Shown here piece after piece: positions 32,501 to 44,669 of a stretch of DNA of 64,000 nucleotides. The notes below the pieces were generated by a model. The model had not been told where the DNA came from and made no database searches. It saw only the letters and a program-made list of their open reading frames with translations. Each line of letters starts with the position of its first letter. The first letter of the stretch is position 1. The stretch spans positions 17,484,001 through 17,548,000 of the forward strand of contig CM022674.1 in NCBI GenBank assembly GCA_012295275.1, written 5' to 3'. The stretch comes from Chrysomallon squamiferum. Its lineage: Eukaryota; Animalia; Mollusca. The position numbers were made by a program, and so were the translations under genes.

Positions 32501-32634
32501 GAAATACCATTGACAAGTATAGAACTTTCATTTGGATCACCAACCATTTCTGTTATTTGCTGGTTTTGAAATATGGGCTTGACTCCATGTGTACCTATGG
32601 GTTGCCCTTCGCCATAGGCGGTCTCCAGTTTAAA
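29500..32634 (-). CDS. pol: Gypsy Pol (protease, RT, RNase H, integrase N-terminal half), entered by a -1 frameshift
   Basis: LLDTGS (protease), YLDD (RT), IDAS..LGAVL (RNase H), HNDVGH..CNRC (IN zinc finger), MDF..HSDQG (DDE). The frame is open from the TTTAAAC slippery site at 32634-32628 through the ATG at 32547. Confidence 0.95.
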   Translation of the reverse strand, partial: FKLETAYGEGQPIGTHGVKPIFQNQQITEMVGDPNESSILVNGISTKALLDTGSTVSTISEGFYNKHFSDTPLKSLDTILNVECADGKLLPYHGYIEVELQGTDSISSPLLSILLVVPNSKYNSSVPLLLGTNVLSHFMNQCKKTHGNRFLQKANLHTPWYLSFRCLTLQQKELERNHFILGKVKSAECKRVVIPANSEITLRSVVDKPLPYRCTWAMTAPTKGSVIPDDLDIAPSLFSYKYDNKKKLFELDIHISNVTTRAISVPSRAIICEIQAVEIEDIPEMKETTTSKDFSVLDMLNFGDCCLVPEELEQGKQVISSFSDIFSTGDLDVGHTTAVHHRIELDDETPFKQRHRRIPPAMYQEVKDHLQQLLAGGIIRHSHSPWSSNVVLARKKNGKLRMCVDYRQLNSKTVKDSYSLPRIEMFDAVTGAKYFSTLDMKSGYHQVKIEENHKERTAFTVGPLGFYEYNRMPFGLCNSPATYQRLMNDTFEGLHLKSCLIYLDDILIFSKTYDEHLDRLSQVFQRVRESGLKLTAEKCSFFKNKINFLGHVISEAGIEADPDKVEKIINWPKPTNPNEVRQFLGFAGYYRKFVKDFAKVARPLTSLMPHTRPQSKKNEPRKPWTWGPSQEVAFQQLKEILSSPPILGYPDYSKPFELHIDASSHSLGAVLYQENDGMKHVISYASRSLSKSEANYSAHRLEFLALKWAISEKYHEYVYGNKFTVLTDNNPLTYVLTSAKLDATGHRWLAALASYDFNIFYRPGLNNADAHSLSRLPGSSEHTEISADTVRAVCGVLNAQPFVEALSTSAEVVDSVLDDGQNISGMSDRDWRKAQAADTILHPWMELVRRKKKPRRQDFPSTPVNNAYFRAFDSFVFVRGILHRQVKIDGQIRYQLVLPSKYVHDVLHGLHNDVGHPGRDRTLSLLRDRFDWPGMAADVEEWIKNCNRCVRRKSLANARAPLINITTTQPLELICMDFLTLETSKGGYQHILIITDHFTRYVQAIPTRNMTAKTTAEAFYNNFVIHYGIPLRIHSDQGANLKVV

Positions 32635-33659
32635 GGTTTACCTGTCTGGTGGGGTAATTTAACCCTACATCCCTTCTTTATGTGCCCTGGCTGACCACAA
32701 CGAAAACAGACCGGTTCATTACTCTGAAAAGAAGATGATGCAGAATTCCATTTTGGAACAGATTTGATATCTGCCTGATGCCTTGTTTTGGACTCAGTGG
32801 CTGTCTGACGCTGCTTCAGAGAACTCAACTCTGCTGACATCTGTTTGAGTATATCTCGAATTTCCTGAATATCGGAATTCTCTTGAGAAACCGCAGCCTT
32901 TCCAGGAATAGTCTTGCCCTTTGATTCAATTATTTTCTTTCTCTGTTGCAATTCTTCTTCTACTTGTCTTATAACTTTAATAAAATCTTCAAAAGTGTCA
33001 TCCTTTTCAAACTTGTGTCCTGATAAATCTTTTAGTTCAGGTCGAAGCCCTGTCCAAAACATATTACGTAACATTGCTTCAGTTTCAGATTGATTCACTT
33101 TCCCTGCAGCAACAGCCTTGCACAAAATATCTTCAAGCCGGCATGCCCAGTCAGCTACACTTTCATCGTCACTTTGTTTAGCTGTGTAAAAGGTAGCCAT
33201 AATAGCATGACCCACTTTTACTTCTCCAAGAACACTATCAAGTTTCTCTATTAGTCTTTCAATAGGCGCATCTTTATCTATATCCATTGCAACGCGAGCA
33301 GCTTTACCGCGAAGCGAACGCCTAATAGCTTCAGACAGGACAGATGTACCATGGGTATTAGTCAAACATTCCAATTCATGTTTCCATTGATCAAAATCAA
33401 CATCACCTTTCCCGTCACCTGAGAAGAAAGGAAGCCGAGGTGGCTGTGTTAAAGTCAGTGACGAAGGCAGAGTAGGCTGTAAAGGTGAATATTTGGCAGC
33501 TCCTTCATCTTCCTTTTTGACAGCTCCTTTAGTAAACTGAGTCATCCAGCTAACCAAATCTTCTGGAGTATCAGCCTTAGGCTGGACATGTAACTGTCTA
33601 AATGACGAAATTAACTGCACCTCTTCCGCACTTAATTCCGCTATTTTAGGATCAGACAT
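32595..33659 (-). CDS. gag: Gypsy Gag (PNMA-like capsid + CCHC zinc knuckle)
   Basis: 354 aa ORF with PRLPFFSG..DFDQW, AIRRSLRGKA and CFRCGQPGHIKKGC. Confidence 0.93.
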   Translation of the reverse strand: MSDPKIAELSAEEVQLISSFRQLHVQPKADTPEDLVSWMTQFTKGAVKKEDEGAAKYSPLQPTLPSSLTLTQPPRLPFFSGDGKGDVDFDQWKHELECLTNTHGTSVLSEAIRRSLRGKAARVAMDIDKDAPIERLIEKLDSVLGEVKVGHAIMATFYTAKQSDDESVADWACRLEDILCKAVAAGKVNQSETEAMLRNMFWTGLRPELKDLSGHKFEKDDTFEDFIKVIRQVEEELQQRKKIIESKGKTIPGKAAVSQENSDIQEIRDILKQMSAELSSLKQRQTATESKTRHQADIKSVPKWNSASSSFQSNEPVCFRCGQPGHIKKGCRVKLPHQTGKPLNWRPPMAKGNP

Positions 33660-34283
33660 GGTTGAAGGTAAGTATATACTGTAATACTATCTTTATAAGT
33701 TATAGAAGATATTAAGGTAAGAATATAACAACTACACAAAAAAACAATCTTCAAAAAAAACAAATACAAGGTATTCAAGTTCAGGTATTGACTCTTTCTA
33801 TCACAGGTAAGTGAAAACAATTAAAATAAATAAATTAAATTAAATAATTAAATAGATTCACACAGTGAAAAGGTACTCAATTACAAATTTGTATCGATAC
33901 ATCATTTGCTTTTTTTTTTTTTCAACGTATATGAAAACAACTTAAAAACAAAATGTCCACAGAAGAAAAAGAAAAAGAAATAAATAAATAAGATCTGTTG
34001 TTTGTTTTCTGATAACTAAATTGGCTTTTCAAAGCAATGTCATGGCGTTATACATAATATAACCATTTCTCATTGCATTATTTTAGTTCTAAGTTAAAAT
34101 GTCCACGTGGAATTACAAAAAAACAAAACCACACACACAAATAAAATCAGAGAAGCTCACGAAACATCTGATGACGTCATACACTAGGGAGGAAGTTCAT
34201 AGGTGGAGTTAGTAACACTGTCGTCGATACATACACCCTCTGCCATCCATTGGTTGTGTGTCCATCCTTTGTCTTGTTTGTCA

Positions 34284-34301
34284 GTCCCTACGTCGGCTCC
34301 A
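34284..34301 (-). promoter_or_regulatory. Primer-binding site of Gypsy element
   Basis: TGGAGCCGACGTAGGGAC starts 2 nt after the LTR end (TGG is complementary to tRNA CCA); the cognate tRNA was not identified. Confidence 0.7.
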
Positions 34302-34303
34302 AA

Positions 34304-35561
34304 TGTAGCAGTACCAGATTTTTTTTTTTTACGTTTTCCAGAACACAGGAAGTAGAACGTAACAGCTACGGGTGGGTTCAGACCATTTATTCGATGTCAC
34401 ACAAAAAATGAAGACAAGGAAAAACACCCTAAGAGAACAATAAAACAACAATAAATATCACATCATAGAGTACATATAGCATCAAGTTATAGAATAATTT
34501 ATGTATATATATAACATTTATATCACAATTTAAGCAAATGTATATCTATAATACTATTCATCTCATCATGAAAATAATGTAAATTGAATTATCTTGCTTT
34601 AAATCCTGAGTATTTAATGCCAAACTATAAAAGCATTTGATAACATAAAGCAAATACATGTAATAAATACACTTGATTAACATGACAAATACAACTAGTC
34701 ATATACCACAGTTATACATGACAAACTGATATTTGACAAACATAATACATAAAAACTCATACCAGGTAGATGACACCTGGGTGTAAGAAACTGGATTCTC
34801 CAGTACACTGAACGAGAACAGGACAATCTACAAATCAAATACAAGACATATAAAAGAAACTACCGACAATTACACAATTAACACATCACATATCGCCAAC
34901 CACGATGCACCAAAACATGTACACACACACATAAAAAATATACATACAAAATACATATACACAATTGACATTTCATTCAGATTGTATGTTTTCTTTAAGC
35001 CAGTTATCTTGAACAAATGTTTATTCAATGTAATTTAATCCATATATCCAATATAAATAATAATTACTTTATATATTCCTAAAGTAATTAAACAAGTATG
35101 TATACAAAACATACATATATTAAATAAAGCAAAATACAGACTAACCTTTCAGATAATATCCACTTTCAAATAATAAATTCAGTTCCACCTTTAAAAATGA
35201 AATCTGGCCTGACAGTATAATCTTAGCAGGAGAAATAAACCTGAACACTTGAGCCAGGTTGTTTATTCCCTGATGGGCTTGGGAGAGGAGTTTGGAAACA
35301 ATAGTTAACGCGCAAGGCAAGTAACGTGTGTTAATACAGTGTAAGCTGAATGAAACAATCACCACAATGACAAGTTACCAGCCTATTGTTTGGCATAACC
35401 TGGCTAGGGATAAAATAAAACTTTAGTTACACAATAAGCTGACAGGAGGCAAGCTGTAAATAAAACCTTACATTAATGACCAAGCCTGCTAAAAAGCAAA
35501 TATCTGCACATAAAACATTAAATACAAATCCTAACTAAAACAAATACCACATACTTCCACA
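34304..35561 (-). repeat. 5' LTR (~1258 bp)
   Basis: Begins TGTGGAAG (minus strand) next to the TSD and ends ...GCTACA just before the PBS. Its last ~110 bp match 28320-28429 apart from one T in a poly-T run. Confidence 0.85.
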
Positions 35562-36988
35562 TATATATACAAAAACAATCTACATCTATGTCTATATATA
35601 GATAGAAAGATAGAAAAACATAAATATATGTGTATACTAAGAGACAAATAGCTGGGCAGATATATAGACAGTCAGATAGACAGATAGATAGATATAGATT
35701 TTATTTAATACAGACACACACATACATTTCTTTTTAAAATACATCAACACCAGGTAATTCATTTAATGTACAATTACCCCATTTGCACTTTAAGCTGAGG
35801 TAAAAGTATACACAATTATGTTGTTATGAGTGTGTAACTAATACACTAGATTAAGATAACATTACTGACACTATTAAATTATTATCTGAACTTGTTATCT
35901 ACATATTGAATGTAAACGATTACTCTGTATAGTGAGCACTGTAAGCTACATAATAAGGTGTAAAGAAATATAACTCTGCAGTGAGGTTTAATGAGAATGT
36001 TGTATGATGTACCAAGTGTTATAACATTTATTTGTATAAGTAATTGTGTTACTATGCAAATAGGTTGGTTATGGAGACAACTTAAAATTCATCATCATTC
36101 GATTAGAACATCAGTAATAATAAAACAATTAATTGCTTTATTGTTGTTGTTGTTTGCGTATGTTTGTATTGTTTTTGTTTTTTTTATTTGTTGTTTTTTT
36201 AACTGTTTTATTTTTTTATTTTTTATTATTATTCTTTTTATTTTACTAAAACTTTAAAAATGTTCAAATTAAATGTATTGAAGTTTTCTTCAAATTGGTG
36301 AAATGTGATTAATGGCAGACTTGAAAAGAACTCTGCAAATTACAAAACTACAATAACAATAACAACAACACCAAGAGCATAAATTATCATTTTAGTTATA
36401 TGTGATGAGTTGTTCAGCTATTATTCAAGTATTTCATTTAGAAAATATTTTTCTACAAATGTGCTCCAAGATATTGAAAGTTATGTGTTCATGTCCTGTC
36501 TAGAAGATATCTTTTTTCTTTTCTTTTCTTTCTTTTCTTTTCTCTTTATGTTTGCTGGAGGAGGACATTTTTTATTTTTTGTTGGTTTTCTCTAGTAGCA
36601 GTAGTAATAGAAGTGGTAGTATATTTATTATGATTATTATTATTATAATTATTATTATAATTATTATTATAATTATTATTATTAGTAGTATTATTATTAC
36701 AATACATTTACCTGAATTATTGACATTCAAAAAGCCATTTGGACAACAGCAGAGGTGATGAAGTTCTGCTGTCTATAAACAAACAAATAAATATATTTTA
36801 AAAATGCATCCAGTAAAATAATAAATGAAAAAAATAATGAATACAGCAACAAAGCATGAAGAAATGGACACAAAATTAATTATTATATTTTGAACAAAGC
36901 TTGCATGTGAAGCAACAAAATTGGAGAAGAAGAAAAAATGTCTTTTAGTATATACTATCTAATGAATGCACATTTTAAAAATCCCATG

Positions 36989-37362
36989 TTTTAAAATTAC
37001 TAACCTTTCAAAGAGTGCCAAAAATTCCTTTTTTCAAATTCCAAAATTTACAATTATTATTTTTGATTTTTAATATTAACACTGGACCTATTTTTAAAAT
37101 ACTTTATATGAAGTTCCCAAATTTTACATTTAAAATTACATACCACATTTCCAACACCAGAATCTTCAATACTTTTAAACAAACCATCATCAGGCTCTTT
37201 TCTCGTTGCATCACAAATTAACTTAATTGTTTTCCTTTGTTGCACTGATCTAAAAAAAAAAAAGAAAAAAAGTTGTTTAAATAAATATGTAAATAAATTA
37301 ATGTTATTCTTTTTATTTACATCAAAGTCATTTTTGTTTAAATGTTACTTTTGGTGCTTGTG

Positions 37363-37408
<46 letters not shown>

Positions 37409-38832
37409 TGTTACCAATGTTTATAAATATTAAATTTTGTAAATTATATACCATGAAAATAAAAGTATGTTGTTATGCTTATAAATATAAGACCAGTATC
37501 TATCGAATGCAATAAAAAATTTTTTTATATATATTTATAAATCAAATATGTACACATTAAAAATTAATTCTTATTATTTAAAAATGATATCTGCAAGTAT
37601 TTATATACATTAAAAGCAAATTCTTTTTATTTACAAATATTAAATTTGCATATATAGCAATCTGAAAGACCATAAATTCAAATATTCACAAATATAAGAT
37701 CTTTTTTACCTCTATATTCAGTAAAAATAAATTATAATAATTTATTTATTAATATAGTGAATAAATATTTGTTAATTCAATAATATTTGTTAACTGAAAC
37801 ATTATTTTGTTTAGAAATATGAAATTCACATCTACATATATCAAGCAAAAACAAATTTCAATATTTGTTAACATGAAATATGTACAGATCTGTATGCAAC
37901 AAAAATAATTAATTTTCCAATATTTTAAAATTACTACCCAAACAAAGAGTGCCAAAAATGCCTGTTTTCAAATTCCAAAATTTACAATTATTATTTTTGA
38001 TTTTTAATATTAACACTGGACCTATTTCTAAAATACTTTATATCAAGTTCCCAAATTTTACATTTAAAATTACATACCACATTTCCAACACCAGAATATT
38101 CAATAATTTTAAACAAACCATCATCAGGTTCTTTTCTCGTTGCATCACAAATTAACTTAATTATTGTTTTCCTTTGTTGCACTGAAAAAAATAAAAAATA
38201 AATAAATTGTTTAAATAAATATATAAATAAATTAATGTTATTCTTTTTATTTACATCAAAGTCATTTTGTTTAAATGTTACTTTTGATACTTGTGTTTTT
38301 TGTGTGTGTGTGTGTGTGTGTGTGAGTGTCACCAATGTTTATAAATATTAAATTTTGTAAATTATATACCATGAAAATAAAAGTATGTTGTTATGCTTAT
38401 AAATATAAGACCAGTATCTATCGAATGCAATAAAAATGTTTTTTATATATATTTATAAATCAAATATGTACACATTAAAAATTAATTCTTATTATTTAAA
38501 AATGATATCTGCAAGTATTTATATACATTAAAAGCAAATTTTTTTTATTTACAATTATTAAATTTGCATATATAGCAATCTGAAAGACCATAAATTCAAA
38601 TATTCACAAATATAAGATCTTTTTTACCTCTTATTCAGTAAAAATAAATTCTAATAATTTATTTATTAATATAGTGAATAAATATTTGTTAATTCAATAA
38701 TGTTTGTTAACTGAAACATTATTTTGTTTAGAAATATGAAATTTACATCCACATATATCAAGCAAAAACAAATTTCAATATTTGTTAACATGAAATATGT
38801 ACAGATCTGTATGCAACAAAAATAATTAATTT
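36989..38832. repeat. ~935 bp tandem duplication containing receptor exon 4
   Basis: Two copies (~36989-37918 and ~37923-38832), each encoding QQRKT(I)IKLICDATRKEPDDGLFK; single copy in the right arm. Confidence 0.93.
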
Positions 38833-39959
38833 TGATTACAAATACTGAATTGTTAATAAAATTCATAATTTTATTTTTGTTTTTACTATCATGAACAGAA
38901 AATGTGAATGTAGCTATATTCAGTAAAAACAAATACATTTTTCATTGAACATAATAATGAAGTTTGTACATGCTTATGAATCTAGTGAAAATAAATTCAA
39001 ATATTTATCTACATGCAATCTGCATGTACCTATCAGCATTAAAAATAAATTTGTTTATTTAAAAATTTCAGATCTTAGCTACCTGTAATCTTCAAAACAA
39101 ATTTATATAAATATATCACTTAAAATTTTAACATACCTTCAATAAAACCATGTTCTTTTATTTGTAATTTATTTACTGTTGTTACTGTTGCTGTTGTTGT
39201 TCCTGCTGTTATTGTTGTTGTTGCATTTGTTGTTGTTGCTCTTCTTCTTCTTCTTCTTCTTATTATTATTATTACTAAAGTAGCAGTAATAGCATGATTA
39301 TTATTTCTTATTTTTTAATCATCATCATCATCATTACTGATCTTATTATAATTTCTAAATGTAACTGTACATACATGAATTAAAAACAAAGTCTTATATC
39401 GTAAAACCTAAAATGAAATTCAGGAAATATTGCTGTAATTTCCAATTACTAAATTCAAATAATGATCCACTGATAAATATGAAGTGTGTAAGTACTTGTC
39501 TCCAGTAAAGACCAGTGCTGAGTTGGTGTGGTTGCTGATATCTCGAATGACTCGGAACTTGGCGTAGTTCTGCAAACCAAGAGTAAAATATTGTTTCTGT
39601 TCTTTGATGTTGAACTTACATACCTGATAAAAAATATATTAGAAAAAAAATGAAAAAGGGATGGAACATTTTGTAGCTGACAGTTAAACATTAATTAATA
39701 ATTATAGAAACAGAGAGCAAAAATGTGAGTAAGTGAAAGACAGACAGTGAAAGGGAGAAAGAAAGAAAGGTATAAACAGGCAAAAAGAAATACTGATGAA
39801 GAATGAGAGACACAAAAAATGAAAGAGATATAGAAATAGAGTGATAGAGAATAAGAGACAGTGAGAGAGACAGAGAGAAAATGAGATAGAGTAATATATG
39901 GGGTAGCAAATGATAGAGAAAGAGAGAAATAATAGAGATGAAAACAAAAAGTGAGTTGT

Positions 39960-40018
<59 letters not shown>

Positions 40019-40158
40019 TGATTTGGATTTATTATGTCTAAATGTCTAAATGTACATGTTTAAATATATTTATGAATGTGTATGTATGTGAAATGGACAT
40101 ACGTCAGTTAATGGGATCCATGTTAATGTAATATAAGTAAACAACACATTTTTTTCAC

Positions 40159-40256
40159 TGCAACTAAATAACATCCATACCCTTGCACAATGTCAGTGTT
40201 GACTTGAGACATGTTGAGTGATAAAAACGGGTTAAAAGTACAGTTGTAAGACTTCC
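40159..40256 (-). CDS. Exon 2 of receptor kinase (MRH-like ...FNP...C..VA segment)
   Basis: tttacag|(G)KSYNCTFNPFLSLNMSQVNTDIVQGYGCYLVA|gtgaaa joins in phase 0 to VCKF... of the next exon. Its phase does not match exon 1 (missing micro-exon or lesion). Confidence 0.55.
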
Positions 40257-40280
40257 CTGTAAATAAATAAATAAACAAAT

Positions 40281-40355
<75 letters not shown>

Positions 40356-41273
40356 AAGTCTGTAGGTCATTTCATAATAAATAAAACAATATTAAGAAAT
40401 AGAGCTACACAAAATACATTGAAGATATTTTCTCACAGTTACTTGATAAATAATCTTCAACACATTTTTATTTTTTTTTATATATATGTATATATATATA
40501 TATATATACCTTTCTTTTTATTTCTTTTTTTCTTTTTTTTTTTAAATTTGAAATGTTTGAGTGGTTACCAAAACTATAATACCTTGACAGGTCATGGTAA
40601 AGAAAAGAATTGGTCAAGTTGGAAATATGAAACATAATAACCACAATAAACAACAACAAAAATTGAAATTATAAATAGTAAAATCCTATTTTATTATCTG
40701 ATGTTAAAACCACAATATTGCTGAGAATGATAATGTTGATGAGGTAGATAATAATTATGATGATTATCTTGATGACAATAATAATGCTGCTGCTGCTGAT
40801 GATGATATAATAAGAGACGATGGTGCAGATGATAATCCATAGTTTAATGTTACCAGTGATAGCAGTGTTGGTAGTCAAAGTAATAATGTTCTTGAGGTTG
40901 TGGTTTAACAGTACATGGTAAAGTTAGTGTTTGTGTTAGTGGTTTTGACTGTAAGACCAGTTACAAAACAGTTTTGAAGAATAAGCATATTCAGTTTTAA
41001 ATAATATGTCAGAATACAAATTAATAATTTCAGTCAAAATTCATTTTAATTTTGTTATGATTTATTTATTTAGCTATTTTTTTTTTCTTTTTCATATTTT
41101 TTTTTAAAATGCACGTATTTATTTATTCAATTTATTTAAAGGAAATAATCCTCTTTTTATTACTTACAAAAAGAACGAGTGTAGTTAAGTTAATTTTGAT
41201 GTATTTGCATAACAAAAATAAGAAGCAGCATTTATAAAAATTCATATATATTACAAAAATCTGCATGCATTAC

Positions 41274-41449
41274 CTCGGCAAGCCATCACTGCGTTGAAAA
41301 CTTTTCAAATAAATTATGTCTCTTGTGCTTATAACCAGTTTACATGAGCCTATTTGTATAAACGGGACAGCTACATAGTCATTAGAAACGGCAGATTCGG
41401 GAGAATTAATCAGCATAAAGACGACAAAACTAATGATTAATGAACTCAT
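41274..41449 (-). CDS. Exon 1 of receptor kinase (signal peptide + start of MRH-like domain)
   Basis: MSSLIISFVVFMLINSPESAVS-NDYVAVPFIQIGSCKLVISTRDIIYLKSFQRSDGLPR|gtaatg; hydrophobic N-terminus followed by a donor site. Confidence 0.7.
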
Positions 41450-41589
41450 CGCATTTCTTCTCACATACGAGAGTTCCGATAACAACCACCGATCGGAAAC
41501 TGCTGGTGTGATGTCACTGTTCAACATTTACTAAAATCGGGTCATATGCTGAATTAGGTCAGGTCGTCTTGTCAATAATTACGCTTCTT

Positions 41590-41660
41590 GAAATTCATTG
41601 GTTAACGTATTTTTAAAAATGACCGGCCGAATCTGCAATAAACCACGCCCAATATCATTG
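41590..41660 (-). promoter_or_regulatory. Candidate proximal promoter of the left receptor-kinase copy
   Basis: CCAAT/ATTGG boxes and a CACGCCC (Sp/KLF-type) motif 150-200 bp upstream of the signal-peptide ATG; locally raised CpG. Confidence 0.3.
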
Positions 41661-42056
41661 TTATTTTAAATACGTGCTCTTAATCCTTGGCTAGAAGCAA
41701 GTGTAAATATTTCAAATAGGATTAAAGATATTTTGTACTGATTAACTGTAGTTATGTAATTTAAAGAGACAGCAGCACTCAAAAATTAAGCTAAATGTTT
41801 TTCTTTGGTTCTTTTTTCAAATTTCATGCGGATGGTTGATAAAGGGAAGCAACCAGTAAAGTGTATATAATGAAAGCTGTTGCTGTTAAATCCCTTTGAC
41901 ATACGGATTGCGCTGGCAGTATTATAATTTTATATTTTTCTTTATCATTTTTCTTTCTTTTTTTGTTAGTTTAGTTAACAGATTGGTATTATATTTATTA
42001 GTTTTTTTTTTTTTTTTTTCTTCTTTGTTTTATGTTTTATTTGAGGTGGTGATTAT

Positions 42057-42117
<61 letters not shown>

Positions 42118-43651
42118 CTTTGTCATATAAAAAGATGAAACGAATATTACGAAGAAGGAAAAGAAGAAATAGCATTTAAAATGATCAGCTTGTCATTAGG
42201 CCTCTACATTTCTTTTTATTTTATTTTATTTTATTTTCATTGTATAGTTTTATTTTAATGTAGTTATGTCTGAAAATACAAGTTTTCTCATTAAGAAATA
42301 TCCAAACACATTTGAAACAGTAATAACCCCAAGCACAGCGAGAGGGAACGATCACCCAATCTTCAGCACGATACACTCTTAATTTTCAGATGTCATTATA
42401 GTTTCCATAGATCACGTGACCAAGGACAGCGACACGTGTTTAAAGTGGCCTGTTCATAGTGTTTTTCAGTAATGGACATGTAGATCGATTGGTATTAACT
42501 CCAGATGCTTTCCGCAATAAATATTAAAATCCAGTTTAATACGTCCACAGCTGTTGGTGCGACATTAGAGCAAAAACAAAAGCGCTAAATTCATTTGTTT
42601 GTTTATTTTCTGTTTGTTGTTTGTTTTTGTTTTTATTTGTGTTTTTTGGTTTTTTCGAGTTGTCTTTTTTGTTTTGTTTTGTTATTTATTTCCCTTTTTA
42701 ATTAATTTATTTATTTTTTGTCTTTTTTGTATTTCTTTTTTGTATTTCTCTTTTTTTTTTTTTGTGTGTCTAGAATGACAGTGTATTATTCATGGACAGA
42801 CGATATGACAGGAAGATACTGAATATCAGAAAGATTTCTAGCTACAAACAACACCAGGAAATATAGAAATTACAATGAAACCTTTTTTCGAATGAAAGTT
42901 CATCTACATGTTACTAAAAATGTGTAAACACTGAGTGAAGCCCAACAACATATTAGTTCCAGAAGCGAGATATCTAAGTGAAGCGTGCATACAACCCATT
43001 CTTAAACTGACACCCTGCAGTCTTCACTAACTGCTAAATTCAATGTTCTGTCTATTTATTGATGCTACAAATGATATTTTGGCCTTCTGTTCCTTTCAAA
43101 TATTTAATAATCAAAAATGAACTAAACCAAACACGTTTATTTAAATAAGTTATGTTACTGAAACAATTACATTTATTATATTAATGTTGGTATTTCCCTG
43201 TTTATAAATAGCAAGAAACTTAACTCTGGATGAACTTATCTGCAACGGCTCAGTGTGTAAACCAATGTATTTGATACATTGAGTTTGTAGAAAGAGAGAG
43301 AATGTATTCCCTAGCGAAATTCTCTGCTTAAGTATGTTGTGTTTGTGTCTGTTATTATATGTTTATACCTAGTGTCTGTATAATTAATGTATGTATAATA
43401 CTGTTATAATGTTTGAATGTAACTGCGTGTCTTTGTATCTGCATTTGTTTGTGCATTCCTGATCCACGACAGTTCACAACAATATATGCAACATAACAAT
43501 ACATGACTTATCAACCCTCACAGTCTCTTAAATAGCGTTATGAGCGTAGGAGTGTATGTATGTGTGTATGTATATGTATGTGTATGTGTTTTTTTGTGTG
43601 TGTGGGTGTGTGTATGGTAAACATATATATATATGTAGATTACAGCCAATA

Positions 43652-44560
43652 TGTGAACGAAGTCATCTGGTCTAATGCCTGAAATGTTTAGGTTTAGCCT
43701 AACTCACATTTGGCCTAATGTCTAAGATTTCCAGTAAATAGGCCAAACGACTGAAATAGACCTCAAATAATTAGGGAAAATGACTGAATGAAAAAGAATG
43801 ACTTACAATTGGATGAAGAGATGTATTTCGTAACTCATATAGTAGTGTTCTATTTATTACAGCAGTTCAAACGTTTGTTCTCGAAACATACACGTTTTGT
43901 TTCACACCTCTTTTTTCCTCTATAGTTGCATTTCATAATCCCTTGTCCTCCTGCGTAACTCCTTTGACACTGCTGCTCTAAAAGCATTTTGACACATCAT
44001 ACAACAAAAGCAGTCTCTGGGAACACACATCAAACTGGTTCCTGGTAGACTGTTCATTGTCATCAGTATCTACAATCACACACAGCAGCCTCCTGGGGTC
44101 ACCACGGCCCCTGTCCACAGCTGGAACAGGCACTGCCACGTTGTCTCTCTCTCCTTCTTCTCCGGCAGACAACACAACGCGACTGCGTTTGATCATCTGC
44201 TCGTCTTGCTGAAACTGTTCGTCTTCGCCGAACTTTCACTTGGCGCTGACGTCGACACAGGAACTCTACTTTCGGCGTCAACTCGTCATCCTCGGAGTGG
44301 GACCGCAGCTGATCAGACCTGACGTCTTCATCTGTTTGGCGTTTCTTGCTCAGTTTCTGCACGTCTGCGCACTGAAGAATTTCAAACGTGGACATGACGT
44401 AGTAAGTACTCGTGGTGTGTTTTTCCTGTGGTCAACAGAGATCTTCTTTAGCTGGTCCATAATCAAGAAGTGCTCTTCCTTTGGAATGTACACTCGCTTG
44501 CATAATTCATACTTCGTAATCAATCTCTCTTAAAGAGGACTTCCAAAAGAACATCCATGG
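43652..44560 (-). mobile_element. Internally deleted KRBA2/SCAND3-like (Ginger2-type) DNA transposon relic
   Basis: N-terminal FEILQCADVQKLSKKR and C-terminal MIKRSR..DNVAVPVPAVDRGRGDPRRLLCVI..RNQFDVC..GGQGIMKCN..KRCETKRVCF motifs typical of this family; integrase core missing; frameshifted. Confidence 0.75.
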
Positions 44561-44622
44561 TGGAAAAATCAGTGATCTGAATGCAATCAGGAACTACTGC
44601 ATTTTATACCACCTATTAACAC

Positions 44623-44669
<47 letters not shown>

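Larger units (their letters stand above)
28320..35561 (-). mobile_element. Gypsy/Ty3 LTR retrotransposon inserted in a (TA)n tract, 4-bp TSD TATA
   Basis: TGT...ACA termini; TATA at 28316-28319 and 35562-35565; gag then PR-RT-RH-IN order; absent from the paralogous intron at ~54620-54660. Confidence 0.95.

Noticed and set aside
40563-40567. 5-nt micro-exon near here that would fix the exon 1/2 phase mismatch
   Set aside because: The phase fits, but such short AG..GT matches occur by chance; unsupported without transcripts
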